Virus record (IMG/VR): IMGVR_UViG_3300042992_002627
Origin: an uncultured virus (IMG/VR IMGVR_UViG_3300042992_002627)
Lineage: Duplodnaviria > Heunggongvirae > Uroviricota > Caudoviricetes
Direction: 5' to 3' (one strand)
DNA length: 20,000 nucleotides
The notes under the pieces were generated by a model. The model searched no databases. It was not told the DNA's origin and was given only the letters and a program-made list of their open reading frames with translations. A program made the position numbers and the translations under genes. Numbering within the stretch: position 1 is the first letter of the stretch; each line of letters begins with the position of its first letter. Positions 6,653 to 15,850 of this stretch are shown in pieces.

Positions 6653-7879
6653 ATGGGCATTTTTAAAAATATCTTTGCACTGCCTGAAATCCGTAATACT
6701 GTAGCCACTTTAAAAGTGCCTTATACAAGTTCATTCGGATTGTTTGGTGGCATGGCTACCGAAGCTACTTTGGCAAACAGCAAATCAGCTTTTACAATAT
6801 CAGCATTTTACAATGCAGTAGATCAGATTTCAAACGATATTGCAAAACTCCCCAAACACATCTACAAAAAAGAAGGTAAAAACCGTTTTGTCAACACAAA
6901 TCACCCGGCAAATTACCTTATTTCTTCGGCTCCAAACGATCTGATGACTTCCTTCGATTTTTGGAAAATCATTACTATTTCTACTATTATAAAAGGAAAC
7001 GGATATGCCGAAATCATTCGTAACGAAGTAACCGGAATTGAAGAAGCGTTTATTTTTAGAGATTCCGATGATGTAAAAGTATATGCAGGCGAAAACTTTA
7101 TGTTTTACAAATACAAAGGTAGCACAATCGAATCGTCAAACATGTTGCATTTTAAAGGACTTTCCTTTGATGGTGTTGTGGGTGTTGGAATCATAACCTT
7201 TGCGGCCCAGCAATTAGGCATCATGCTCGATGGCAAAAAATACCAGGGCGACATTTATAAAGATCGTGGTTTGGGTTATGGTGTTATAGAAACAGATTTG
7301 GCGGTTGCGGCACCTAATAAAAAAATGATTGAAGATGGTTTTACTAAAAAACTAGCGGCTGGCAATAAATTTAATGTACCTATGTTAGATGAAGGATTTA
7401 AGTATAAATCTATTTCTGTAACACCGCAGGAAGCCGAATTTTTAGCATCCGATAAAAATGCAGTGGTCGAAGTATGTCGTTGGTTAAACATAGCACCACA
7501 CAAATTAAAACACCTGGATAATGCAACTTTCAGCAACATCCAACACCAATCAATCGAACATGTTCAGGATTCTTTGTTGCCGTGGATCACTCGCGATGAA
7601 CAGGAATTAAACCGCAAATTATTTACGGTTGTGCAGCGTGAAACCTTATACACAAAATTTAACGAAAAATTTCTTTTACGTGGCGACCTCGAAGCACGTA
7701 AAAACTTTTATACAGCCGGAATCTATTCAGGCTTTTTAACACGTAACGAAGTGCGAAGCCTGGAAGATATGGATCCTATTGATGGATTAGATGAACCATT
7801 ACAACCAGTTAATATGCAAACACTCGAAATGGTCGAAAACCTAACAAAACAAAGTGCAAATGAAAACAGTAGTAACTAA
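6653..7879 (+). CDS. Portal protein, HK97 family
   Basis: AVDQISNDIAKLP, GNGYAEI, MLHFKGLSFDGVVG, NIAPHKL, TFSNIQHQ, LTRNEVRSLEDMDPIDGLD. 408 aa. Confidence 0.96.
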   Translation: MGIFKNIFALPEIRNTVATLKVPYTSSFGLFGGMATEATLANSKSAFTISAFYNAVDQISNDIAKLPKHIYKKEGKNRFVNTNHPANYLISSAPNDLMTSFDFWKIITISTIIKGNGYAEIIRNEVTGIEEAFIFRDSDDVKVYAGENFMFYKYKGSTIESSNMLHFKGLSFDGVVGVGIITFAAQQLGIMLDGKKYQGDIYKDRGLGYGVIETDLAVAAPNKKMIEDGFTKKLAAGNKFNVPMLDEGFKYKSISVTPQEAEFLASDKNAVVEVCRWLNIAPHKLKHLDNATFSNIQHQSIEHVQDSLLPWITRDEQELNRKLFTVVQRETLYTKFNEKFLLRGDLEARKNFYTAGIYSGFLTRNEVRSLEDMDPIDGLDEPLQPVNMQTLEMVENLTKQSANENSSN

Positions 7880-8489
7880 CGAAAATATGCAAATACGCGA
7901 AGCTGTGCTTCGTGCATTAACGCCTGAGCAAATTGAAAATCGCACGGCAGAATTTGTAATTTCTTCCGAAGCAAAAGATACATATGGAACCGTATTTAAA
8001 TTATCCGGGTGGGATTTGCAGCGATACAACGCAAATCCATTGGTGTGCTACAATCACTATTCCTGGGGAACTGATCCCGATACAATCATCGGAACATCTG
8101 AAGTATTTGTGGATGGTGATGTTTTAGTGGGTCGCGTTCGTTTTGAAACCGAAGATATTAACCCGAAAGCCGAAAAGGTTTGGAAAAAAGTGCAAGCCGG
8201 AACGCTTCGCATGGCATCGGTAGGTGTAAATGTAAAACGCGGTCATTGGGGTGATGATAAGTTGGGTGAAGATACCGATACGTTGTATTTTGATGAACAT
8301 GAGTTGCTAGAATGGTCCGTTGTGGCAATTGGCAGCAACCCCGATGCTGTGAAACGTAATGCAGAAAACTTCGAAGAAATTAAACTTCGATTTAAAAATA
8401 ATGAAGTTCCACCAGTGGTTGAAACTCCTACAGAAAAGCTTTCAGTTCGTGAAGCTCAGTTGAATTATAATCTAAAAAAGTTTAAGTAA
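7860..8489 (+). CDS. Prohead maturation protease, HK97 family
   Basis: NPLVCYNH, LRMASVG, ELLEWSVVAIGSNPDA; lies between portal and capsid. The start could be 7854, 7860 or a slightly later ATG. Confidence 0.92.
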   Translation: MKTVVTNENMQIREAVLRALTPEQIENRTAEFVISSEAKDTYGTVFKLSGWDLQRYNANPLVCYNHYSWGTDPDTIIGTSEVFVDGDVLVGRVRFETEDINPKAEKVWKKVQAGTLRMASVGVNVKRGHWGDDKLGEDTDTLYFDEHELLEWSVVAIGSNPDAVKRNAENFEEIKLRFKNNEVPPVVETPTEKLSVREAQLNYNLKKFK

Positions 8490-9796
8490 TGAAAAAAAGT
8501 GTTGAATTAAAGCAAACACGAGCTTCTAAATTGGAAGCTCAAAAGCGAATTATCGATGCTGCAAAAGCAGAAAATCGAGATTTCACGGCCGAAGAAAACA
8601 CACAGTTATCTTCGTTAGACACTGAGGTGGAAGCCTTAGATGGTCAAATTGTTCAATCAGAAATTAATGAGGCTCGCGAAATGCGAATTGCTCAAATTTC
8701 TGCAAAACCTGTTTCGCACGAATTAGGTAACGGTGAGCAAAGAGAAAACGAGAAAATGAAAGCTCGTTTCTCTATTCACAAAGTGGTTCGTGCCGGAATG
8801 CAAAACGGTGCACCATTGTCAGGTGTAGAATTAGAGTTTCACCAAGAAGCTTCTAAACGTGCAGCTGCTGCTGGCGTTGCAATTCAAGGATTTGCAATTC
8901 CTTTGGCTGAAAAACGTGCCGATGGTCAAACTGTAACACAAGATTCTACAAACTACGGTGGAAAATTGGTTGCTACTGAAGTAACAGATCCTATTGAGTT
9001 TTTACGCCCGCAACCGGTTTTAGAAGCCTTAGGGGCTCGTTACCTTACAGGATTGCAAGGAAACGTTCAATTCCCTACAAACGATGGCGGAATTGTAGCA
9101 AGTTGGGAGACTGAGGTGGCAAACGTGGCAAACACTAAAATTGCATACGGTAGTAAAACAATGTCACCAAAACGTTTAGCGGTGAGTGTGCCTATTTCGT
9201 TGCAAAACATCCTTCAATCATCTGTAGCTTTAGAAAGCTATACAATGGCTGAAATGATGGCAGAGGTGGCTCTAAAAATTGACCAAGCCGGTATTGTTGG
9301 AACAGGTTCTATCAATGGAATCTTAAACGTTGCAGGAACAACTGCTGTTGTTGGTGGTACAAACGGTGCGGCTCCAACTTGGGACAACATTATTGATTTA
9401 GAAACCGGTGTGTATGTGCAAAACGCAAACAGTGCTCAATTGGCTTATTTGTTTAACGCAGTTACTCGCGGTAAATTAAAAAGAACCAAACACACTGCTG
9501 GTGATTTCAACTACTTAATGACACCTGAAAACATGGTGAACGGTTACAAAGTTGGAATGTCTAACAACGTGCCTTCAAACCTCGTAAAAGGTACTTCAGG
9601 TGCTATTTGTTCAGCTGGTATCTTTGGTGATTTCTCTCAATTAATTATCGGTCAGTGGGGCTTTATGGATCTATCTGTTGACGAAGTAAGCCGTAAAAGA
9701 GAAGGTTATGTGGAAATCACATTGAACACTTTCTTAGATATTTTGGTGCGTCAACCAAAAGCATTCTCAGTGGTAAAAGACTGGTTAACTGCTTAA
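8489..9796 (+). CDS. Major capsid protein, HK97 fold, with N-terminal coiled-coil delta domain
   Basis: Helical N-terminus, GGKLV, MSPKRLA, GTGSINGILN, GIFGDFSQ, VRQPKAF. 435 aa. Confidence 0.96.
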   Translation: MKKSVELKQTRASKLEAQKRIIDAAKAENRDFTAEENTQLSSLDTEVEALDGQIVQSEINEAREMRIAQISAKPVSHELGNGEQRENEKMKARFSIHKVVRAGMQNGAPLSGVELEFHQEASKRAAAAGVAIQGFAIPLAEKRADGQTVTQDSTNYGGKLVATEVTDPIEFLRPQPVLEALGARYLTGLQGNVQFPTNDGGIVASWETEVANVANTKIAYGSKTMSPKRLAVSVPISLQNILQSSVALESYTMAEMMAEVALKIDQAGIVGTGSINGILNVAGTTAVVGGTNGAAPTWDNIIDLETGVYVQNANSAQLAYLFNAVTRGKLKRTKHTAGDFNYLMTPENMVNGYKVGMSNNVPSNLVKGTSGAICSAGIFGDFSQLIIGQWGFMDLSVDEVSRKREGYVEITLNTFLDILVRQPKAFSVVKDWLTA

Positions 9797-9806
9797 TATT
9801 TTAAGT

Positions 9807-10151
9807 ATGGCAAAAGCAAAAAAAGAAGCAGCTACTGTAGTAGCTGCTTTACAAAAAGTATATGAAGAAGCAGCGAAAAAAGTAGCTGACTTATCAGATG
9901 AAGAAACACTCGAAGTGCGACAAGCATTAGCTGAAGAAGTGGCTGCTGCTTTAGAAAACTTGAACAATGCTAAAAAAGAGGTTTTGGTAAAGTTCAAGTT
10001 TATTAAATCGCCCACTGGTCGTTTTGGGTTGGGTTACAATGCCGGCGATAGCGGCTATATTTCTCTTTTATTAGCCGATGTGGCACAAGAAGAAGGATAT
10101 GGCTTTATTCAAGAAGGTAAAGATGTAGCCGATATCGAAGTAACCGAATAA
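9807..10151 (+). CDS. Hypothetical head-associated protein
   Basis: 114 aa with an Ala/Glu/Lys helical N-terminus, located between capsid and connector. Confidence 0.7.
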   Translation: MAKAKKEAATVVAALQKVYEEAAKKVADLSDEETLEVRQALAEEVAAALENLNNAKKEVLVKFKFIKSPTGRFGLGYNAGDSGYISLLLADVAQEEGYGFIQEGKDVADIEVTE

Positions 10152-10161
10152 AGCAAAAACA

Positions 10162-10713
10162 ATGATCACAAACGCTACTATCACACCAGCCAGTTCTTAT
10201 GAAGTTGTTTCTTTAGCTTTAGCAAAAATGCAATTGCGTATTGAAAGTAGTTTCACGGCGGAAGATACTTTGATTCAATCAATGATTGCTTCGGCGGTTT
10301 CTGCTGCTGAAGATTACATGGGTTGCAAAATTGTTGATAGTGATGTGGTGTTGAACCTGGATGAATTAGAAGATGTTATCAATATTCCTTATCCTGTTCG
10401 AAGTGTAACATCATTAAAATATTTTCCGACGTCCGGTGCTGAAGAAACAATGCCGGACACGGATTATGAATTGCTTCGTTTTGGTAAAGAAAACGGTATT
10501 CGCATAACTGCTTACTGGATTCCTGAAACCGACACACGTTACGATGCCGTGACTATAGCTTTTAAAACGGGTTATGCAACAGGAACGGTTCCTAAACCAA
10601 TTATTCAAGCCGTGTTATTGCAAATCAGTGATATGTATGATCGCCGTGAAGATAGAGTGGAAGTGCCTTTGACAATGTCAACTAAATTGCTTAGACCATA
10701 CAAACTATTCTGA
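10162..10713 (+). CDS. Head-tail connector (HK97 gp6-like)
   Basis: VSLALAKMQLRIE...EDTLIQSMI...AEDY...VPKPIIQAVLLQISDMYDRRE...LLRPYK. Confidence 0.92.
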   Translation: MITNATITPASSYEVVSLALAKMQLRIESSFTAEDTLIQSMIASAVSAAEDYMGCKIVDSDVVLNLDELEDVINIPYPVRSVTSLKYFPTSGAEETMPDTDYELLRFGKENGIRITAYWIPETDTRYDAVTIAFKTGYATGTVPKPIIQAVLLQISDMYDRREDRVEVPLTMSTKLLRPYKLF

Positions 10714-11042
10714 TGGATAAAAAACCATTCATAGGGCAAAAGGACCGCCGCATTGTTATCAATAAAAAAACATTGCTAGGAAACACTGCGGGGGAACGAA
10801 AAGAAACGTTGGTTAAAATAACCGATGCTTGGGCTTTTATGGATGATTTGTCCGGTGGTGAAGATGTAGAAGGCAAAGTAAGAGCTTTATACAGCCGAGC
10901 CTATGTAGTTAGATGGCAAAGTGAATTGTTAACGGAAAAACGCCTGGTGATTGTAGATGATGAACGAACGTTTGAAGTGGTTTATGTTGCTGAAATTGGA
11001 AGAAAGGATCATGTTCGATTAGTGTGCAAAGCTTATGAGTAG
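10713..11042 (+). CDS. Head closure / head-tail adaptor (SPP1 gp16-like)
   Basis: IGQKDRRIVI...WA...VR...FEVVYV pattern, with the expected size and position. Confidence 0.85.
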   Translation: MDKKPFIGQKDRRIVINKKTLLGNTAGERKETLVKITDAWAFMDDLSGGEDVEGKVRALYSRAYVVRWQSELLTEKRLVIVDDERTFEVVYVAEIGRKDHVRLVCKAYE

Positions 11043-11556
11043 CGGAATTAATGTAAACGTCACCGGATTTCGTGAACTCGAAGCTAAAATAAAGCTATTG
11101 GCAAACGATAAAGATAAAAAGCGTGAAATGCTTTTGATTTTACGGCAAGTAGCAAAACCTACGTTGGATGCTTCAAAAACATTGGTTCCTATTTCTAAAA
11201 AAGCACACGTTGCCAGGGGAAAAAGAATTAATCCGAGAAATTTGCAAAAATCACTTGGATTGATACAAGGACGAAAAGGCAATGCAAAAGATAATCCAAC
11301 AATTTATGTTGGTGCTCGTGCAAAAGGTTCTTTTGATGGCTGGTATGCTCACTTTGTACATGAAGGTATAAATGTATATAGAGCAGGTTTTAAACGTAAA
11401 CGTGCCCGTGGTGCAAATGATTCCGCAGCCGTTTCAAGAACAAAAGGAAATCCTTTTTTACGAAAAGCATATCAACAAACACAAGCCGGTGTGACAAACG
11501 ATGCCGAAAAAAGAATGGCAGCATTCCTCCAACGGCGAATAAATAAATTAGCATGA
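11035..11556 (+). CDS. HK97 gp10-family tail component
   Basis: VTGFRELEAKI...GWYAHFVHEG...NPFLRKA. Basic protein. Confidence 0.88.
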   Translation: MSSGINVNVTGFRELEAKIKLLANDKDKKREMLLILRQVAKPTLDASKTLVPISKKAHVARGKRINPRNLQKSLGLIQGRKGNAKDNPTIYVGARAKGSFDGWYAHFVHEGINVYRAGFKRKRARGANDSAAVSRTKGNPFLRKAYQQTQAGVTNDAEKRMAAFLQRRINKLA

Positions 11557-11900
11557 TAATAGTTTCAATAAAAGTAGCCGATTTTTTCCTTACCAAACAG
11601 CCTTATGTGGATGTTTTTGGAGCAAACAGACCTTTTCCGGTAGTAGCTCCTGAAGGAACAAGCTTTCCTTTTGCAACCTACACGATTGATCGTGCCGAAG
11701 GCAAAAGTAAAGATGGTGATGAATATAGTGTAACTGCCTATTTTTGGTTTGATGCCAACAACTACACCGAAATGGCTACGTTGTTAGAAAGCATCATTCC
11801 TGCAATACAAGATGAATATGATTTTCAAGCAGCAACAATGGACTTTGTCGAAGACAACCAATCCTTTGTTGGAATTATAAACTTTTTAATTAATCAATAG
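11553..11900 (+). CDS. Putative tail terminator/completion protein
   Basis: FPVVAPEGTSFPFATY motif, acidic, directly before the tail tube gene. Confidence 0.7.
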   Translation: MIIVSIKVADFFLTKQPYVDVFGANRPFPVVAPEGTSFPFATYTIDRAEGKSKDGDEYSVTAYFWFDANNYTEMATLLESIIPAIQDEYDFQAATMDFVEDNQSFVGIINFLINQ

Positions 11901-11902
11901 AA

Positions 11903-12586
11903 ATGGCAAGAAAAATTTATAAAGGTAAAAACCTTAGAATTTTTGTAGGTGGAAAAGCATTATTGCATTCAACTGAATGTGGCTTTTCAACATCTACCAA
12001 TTTTGAATCAATTGCAACTAAGGACACGAACGGAAACGTTCAAACGCCTGGCAATTACGAATGGTCCGTAACGGCAAACACGCTGTTTGTGGACAAAGAT
12101 GTATTAGATACTGATCGTTTCGATACACTTGAATTATTAGAGCAATATTTAGCTCAGGAAGAAGTGACAATTCAGTTCATGACAAACATTGGTCAGGAAG
12201 TGGTTATTGCTGGAAATGCTTACATGAGCGGTGTTAATTTCTCAGCTCCAACGGAAGGTTCAGCAACCGGTGATTTCTCTTTTCAAGGAAATGGTGATTT
12301 CACAGCAACACGTTTACCAACTGTAGGGGCACTTCCTGTAATTAGTTCTTCAAGTGTAATAGCTATTACAAACGGAACTGCTGGAACACGTGCAACTACA
12401 GCTTCTAACACGCCAACGCTTTACGAATTGGTAGGAACAATTCCTTCAGGTGTAACAATAAACGCTACTTCAGGTTTGATTTCCTGGACAAACGCAGTAC
12501 CTGTAGGTAACTACTTAGGAGCTTTTATTAGAGTAACAAACGCAGCAGGATCTGTAACGCAGGAAATTGCAATCATTGTAACATAA
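11903..12586 (+). CDS. Major tail tube protein with C-terminal Ig-like domain
   Basis: KGKNLRIFV...IATKD...EWSVTAN...FSFQGNG tube motifs, followed by PVISS...GTIPSGVTINATSGLISW...VTNAAGS (putative Ig / He_PIG-like). Confidence 0.9.
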   Translation: MARKIYKGKNLRIFVGGKALLHSTECGFSTSTNFESIATKDTNGNVQTPGNYEWSVTANTLFVDKDVLDTDRFDTLELLEQYLAQEEVTIQFMTNIGQEVVIAGNAYMSGVNFSAPTEGSATGDFSFQGNGDFTATRLPTVGALPVISSSSVIAITNGTAGTRATTASNTPTLYELVGTIPSGVTINATSGLISWTNAVPVGNYLGAFIRVTNAAGSVTQEIAIIVT

Positions 12587-12590
12587 TGTT

Positions 12591-12971
12591 ATGAAAATTA
12601 AAATTAATAAAAAAAACTTTGAACTCACTTTTGGGTTCAAAGTTTTTTACATCTTAGGTAAGCATTGGGAAATGAAAAATTTCAACGATGTGCTCAAACA
12701 TGTGATGTCGGTTTTTGGTGATTATGCTACTACCGATGTAAATAATACTGCTGAAGAACCTAATTTGAGTTTTGCCACAATGGAAGTTTTGGCTGATATT
12801 ATTGTGGCTGCTATTGTGGCTAATAAAGAAAACAAAAAAACTTTTGCTGATTTTGAAACTGCTGAAGTGATTGAATCGATTGTGGAAAACATTGCGGTTA
12901 TTCCGGAAATAATGAAGGAGTTTGTTTCTTCAATGCCTTCACATAAAAAAGAAGAAGATCCGGGAAAGTAG
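12591..12971 (+). CDS. Tail assembly chaperone (lambda gpG-like)
   Basis: Lies between tube and tape measure genes and ends in CCG GGA AAG TAG, containing the slippery heptamer GGGAAAG. Confidence 0.85.
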   Translation: MKIKINKKNFELTFGFKVFYILGKHWEMKNFNDVLKHVMSVFGDYATTDVNNTAEEPNLSFATMEVLADIIVAAIVANKENKKTFADFETAEVIESIVENIAVIPEIMKEFVSSMPSHKKEEDPGK

Positions 12972-12996
12972 TAAGCGGCCAAAAAGATACGCCGCT
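12962..12996 (+). other. Programmed -1 ribosomal frameshift signal
   Basis: G GGA AAG (12962-12968) followed after 5 nt by a stem AGCGGC (12974-12979) / GCCGCT (12991-12996). The -1 frame is open to 13336. Confidence 0.85.
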
Positions 12997-13336
12997 CACG
13001 TTTGATGCTCTGATTGTGTTATGTGGCGAAATGGAAATCAGGTTATCTGATTTCTATGAAATGACACCAAAAGAGTTTTTTTTGTATCGTGAAGGGTTTA
13101 TTGGTAAACGTGATGCCGATGCAAAATTTACTTTAGTAACCACACGAAAATTAATGTTTGCTTCAATTATGCCACATGCCAGACGTGGATTGAAAGAAAC
13201 TGACATTATGGAATTCGCTTGGGAAAACGATTTGATTGAAACACTCACGGAAGAAGAAATAAATGAACAACGAAAAGAAGTACAGCAATCAATCGAGTTT
13301 TGGAAAAATTATGACTTGAATAATAATAGGTGCTAA
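12968..13336 (+). CDS. Tail assembly chaperone frameshift extension (gpT-like part of gpGT)
   Basis: The -1 frame reads VVSGQKDTPLTFDALIVLCGEMEIRLSDFYEMTPKEF..., with the typical FYEMTPxE motif. It includes the ORF-track ORF 13016-13336. Confidence 0.82.
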   Translation, partial: VVSGQKDTPLTFDALIVLCGEMEIRLSDFYEMTPKEFFLYREGFIGKRDADAKFTLVTTRKLMFASIMPHARRGLKETDIMEFAWENDLIETLTEEEINEQRKEVQQSIEFWKNYDLNNNRC

Positions 13337-13366
13337 AATTGGTTTTATATTGTTTGTTTGGTAAAA

Positions 13367-13391
13367 GCCTGTCGAAAGACAGGTTTTTTTT
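13367..13391 (+). terminator. Intrinsic terminator
   Basis: GCCTGTC-GAAA-GACAGGT stem-loop followed by a T-run. An upstream A-run suggests it may be bidirectional. Confidence 0.85.
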
Positions 13392-13405
13392 GTTTTGGTA
13401 AATTG

Positions 13406-13456
13406 AAAAAAGGAAACTTAGTTGCATAAAAATGTTAATGGCTAAGTCTAATTTTA
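13406..13456 (+). promoter_or_regulatory. Putative late promoter upstream of the tape measure gene
   Basis: AAAAAAGGAAACTTAGTTGCATAA, then 19 nt, then TAATTTTA (13449-13456). Same box and spacing as upstream of the portal gene. Confidence 0.6.
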
Positions 13457-13471
13457 TGCAAATTATTTACT

Positions 13472-15850
13472 ATGGCTTCATTAGCATCCATTAACGTAAA
13501 GTTCACGGCAGACTTGAAACAATTTTCAAGCGAAATGCAATCGGCTTTGCGGGATATTAAACGAACCGGTGAAGAATTTCAAAAGATTGGTAGTGCTTTA
13601 TCTATTGGGCTTACTTTGCCGCTTTTAGCCGTTGGTGCTGCTTCTGTAAAATTAGCTTCTGACTATGAAGAAAGTTTAAATAAAGTAAACGTTGCTTTCG
13701 GAAATTCCGCTTCTTCCATTGAATCTTTTGGTGATACAACCTTAGAAACTTTTGGTATTGCAAAAGGCACAGCTTTAGATATGGCTTCGCTGTTTGGTGA
13801 TATGGCAACTTCAATGGGATTGCCACAAAGTGAAGCAGCTGAATTATCAAAATCATTGGTAGGTTTAGCCGGTGATTTAGCTTCTTTTAAAAACATCGGG
13901 ATTGAACAGGCTACTACGGCTTTGAATGGTGTTTTCACGGGTGAAACCGAATCGCTTAAACTATTAGGAATTGTAATGACTGAAGCTAATTTGGCTCAGT
14001 TTGCTTTAGAAAAAGGAATTCAAAAAAACATAAAGAGTTTTACTCAAGCTGAAAAGGTGCAATTGCGTTACGCTTATGTAATGGAAAACACTAAAAACGC
14101 ACAAGGTGACTTTGCTCGAACTTCGGGCGGTGCGGCTAATCAAATGCGTGTTTTTCAGGAATCTTTAAAAGAAGTAGGTCAGCAATTTGGTGCAATTATT
14201 CTTCCGGCTTTTACTAATGTGGTGAAAAGTTTGAACGGAATGGTGAAATCATTTGGTGATTTGTCACCAGGAGTGAAACAAACAATTGTGGTTGTGGCTG
14301 GTTTAGTTGCTGTTATCGGACCATTGTTAACTGTTATCGGAACCGTGTTGACTTTGGTTCCTTCTATGGTTGCTGGGTTTGCAGCGGTAAAAGTTGCTTT
14401 TGCTTCTTTAACGGCTACGATTGCGGCTAATCCGTTTGGTGCAATTGCTTTGGCGGTTGGATTAGTGGTTGGTGCTTTATATGCTTATAGTCAGGCCACA
14501 AAAGAAGTGGTTAAAACAAAAACAACCTTAGATAAAATAAACGAAAAGGCTTCTGAAAATTTATTAAAGGAACGGGTTGAATTAGATCGTTTATTGGCTA
14601 TTGCAAAAGACAAAAACAAAAGCGATGTTGAACGTCAAAAAGCTATTAAAGACTTAAACAAACTTTCGCCTGAATTTTTGGGTAACTTGACTTTAGAAAC
14701 AATAAATACCGATAAAGCAAAAGTGGCTGTTGAAAACTACACTAATGCTTTATTGCAAAAATATAGAGTTGAAGCCGCTGAAGCGGAATTGAAAGAATTA
14801 GCAAACAAACGATTTGCTTTAGAACTCGGACAACTTAAAGCAAAAGAAGCTTTGTTGAAACAGGAACGCAAATTAAAATCGAACGGTACTGCTTTAGAAA
14901 TTCAAGAATTTGAACGATTAAAGAAAACAGTTTCCGGCGGTGGAAAAGTGATTGCTGATTTTTATAATGAAGAACAAAAACTGCTTGAAGGTATTATTAA
15001 TGGTACTGAGCAATTAACTACTGCTACCGGCGGACTTGGTGGAGTTAAAGAAGCTTTAGTTAAAAAAGGAACCATTGCTTATTTTGAAGCTGAAATTGCT
15101 AAACTGAAACAGCTTCAAAAGGAACAAGTTACTACGGCAGCCGGTTATAACTTAATTCAAAATGAAATCAATCTTTTGCAAAAGGAAATTGACACATTGT
15201 CTTTTGTTCCAAAGAAAATTGAACCGATTGTTATTAAAAGCGATTTTGATAAAACAGGATTAATTGCCGGAAAAGTATTGACTGATGATTTAGCAACTTC
15301 AATGGATTCTCTTTCGTTGAAAATGCAAGCCATGAATGAAATGACGAGTGTTGTTGCTTCTTCTGTTGGTGAAGCTTTTATGAGTTTAGGAAATTCTTTT
15401 ATTGAAAGTTTAGGATTGGCGGAAACAGGATTAGAAGGTTTTGCAAAAGTTTTGTTGCAAACAATTACTAAATTATTATCAGTAGCAATAGCAAATGTTA
15501 TTGTTGGTGCAACTCAATCAGGAACAGCAACAGGCCCTGGTGCTGTTTTTACAACCCCAGCTTTTATTGCAACGGCTGTTGCTGGTGTTATTGCTGCTTT
15601 TGCGGCTATTCCAAAGTTTGAAACGGGTGGTGTTATTGGCGGTACATCTTATTACGGTGATAAAATATTAGCCCGTGTAAATAGTGGTGAGTTGATTTTG
15701 AACAGTAAACAACAACAAAGCTTATACGGAATGCTTGCTGGTGCTTCGGGATCTAATGTGAATATTGGTGTGCAGGATATTCTTTTAGATGGTAATAAAA
15801 TCAGAATTGTGTTGGATAGAACAGATAAAATAAATAATCGTAAAAGATAA
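13472..15850 (+). CDS. Tail tape measure protein
   Basis: 792 aa, Ala/Gly/Leu-rich and helical. MASLASINVKFTAD start, central hydrophobic segment with ANPFG, and C-terminal PKFETGGVIGG...NSGELILN. Confidence 0.94.
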   Translation: MASLASINVKFTADLKQFSSEMQSALRDIKRTGEEFQKIGSALSIGLTLPLLAVGAASVKLASDYEESLNKVNVAFGNSASSIESFGDTTLETFGIAKGTALDMASLFGDMATSMGLPQSEAAELSKSLVGLAGDLASFKNIGIEQATTALNGVFTGETESLKLLGIVMTEANLAQFALEKGIQKNIKSFTQAEKVQLRYAYVMENTKNAQGDFARTSGGAANQMRVFQESLKEVGQQFGAIILPAFTNVVKSLNGMVKSFGDLSPGVKQTIVVVAGLVAVIGPLLTVIGTVLTLVPSMVAGFAAVKVAFASLTATIAANPFGAIALAVGLVVGALYAYSQATKEVVKTKTTLDKINEKASENLLKERVELDRLLAIAKDKNKSDVERQKAIKDLNKLSPEFLGNLTLETINTDKAKVAVENYTNALLQKYRVEAAEAELKELANKRFALELGQLKAKEALLKQERKLKSNGTALEIQEFERLKKTVSGGGKVIADFYNEEQKLLEGIINGTEQLTTATGGLGGVKEALVKKGTIAYFEAEIAKLKQLQKEQVTTAAGYNLIQNEINLLQKEIDTLSFVPKKIEPIVIKSDFDKTGLIAGKVLTDDLATSMDSLSLKMQAMNEMTSVVASSVGEAFMSLGNSFIESLGLAETGLEGFAKVLLQTITKLLSVAIANVIVGATQSGTATGPGAVFTTPAFIATAVAGVIAAFAAIPKFETGGVIGGTSYYGDKILARVNSGELILNSKQQQSLYGMLAGASGSNVNIGVQDILLDGNKIRIVLDRTDKINNRKR

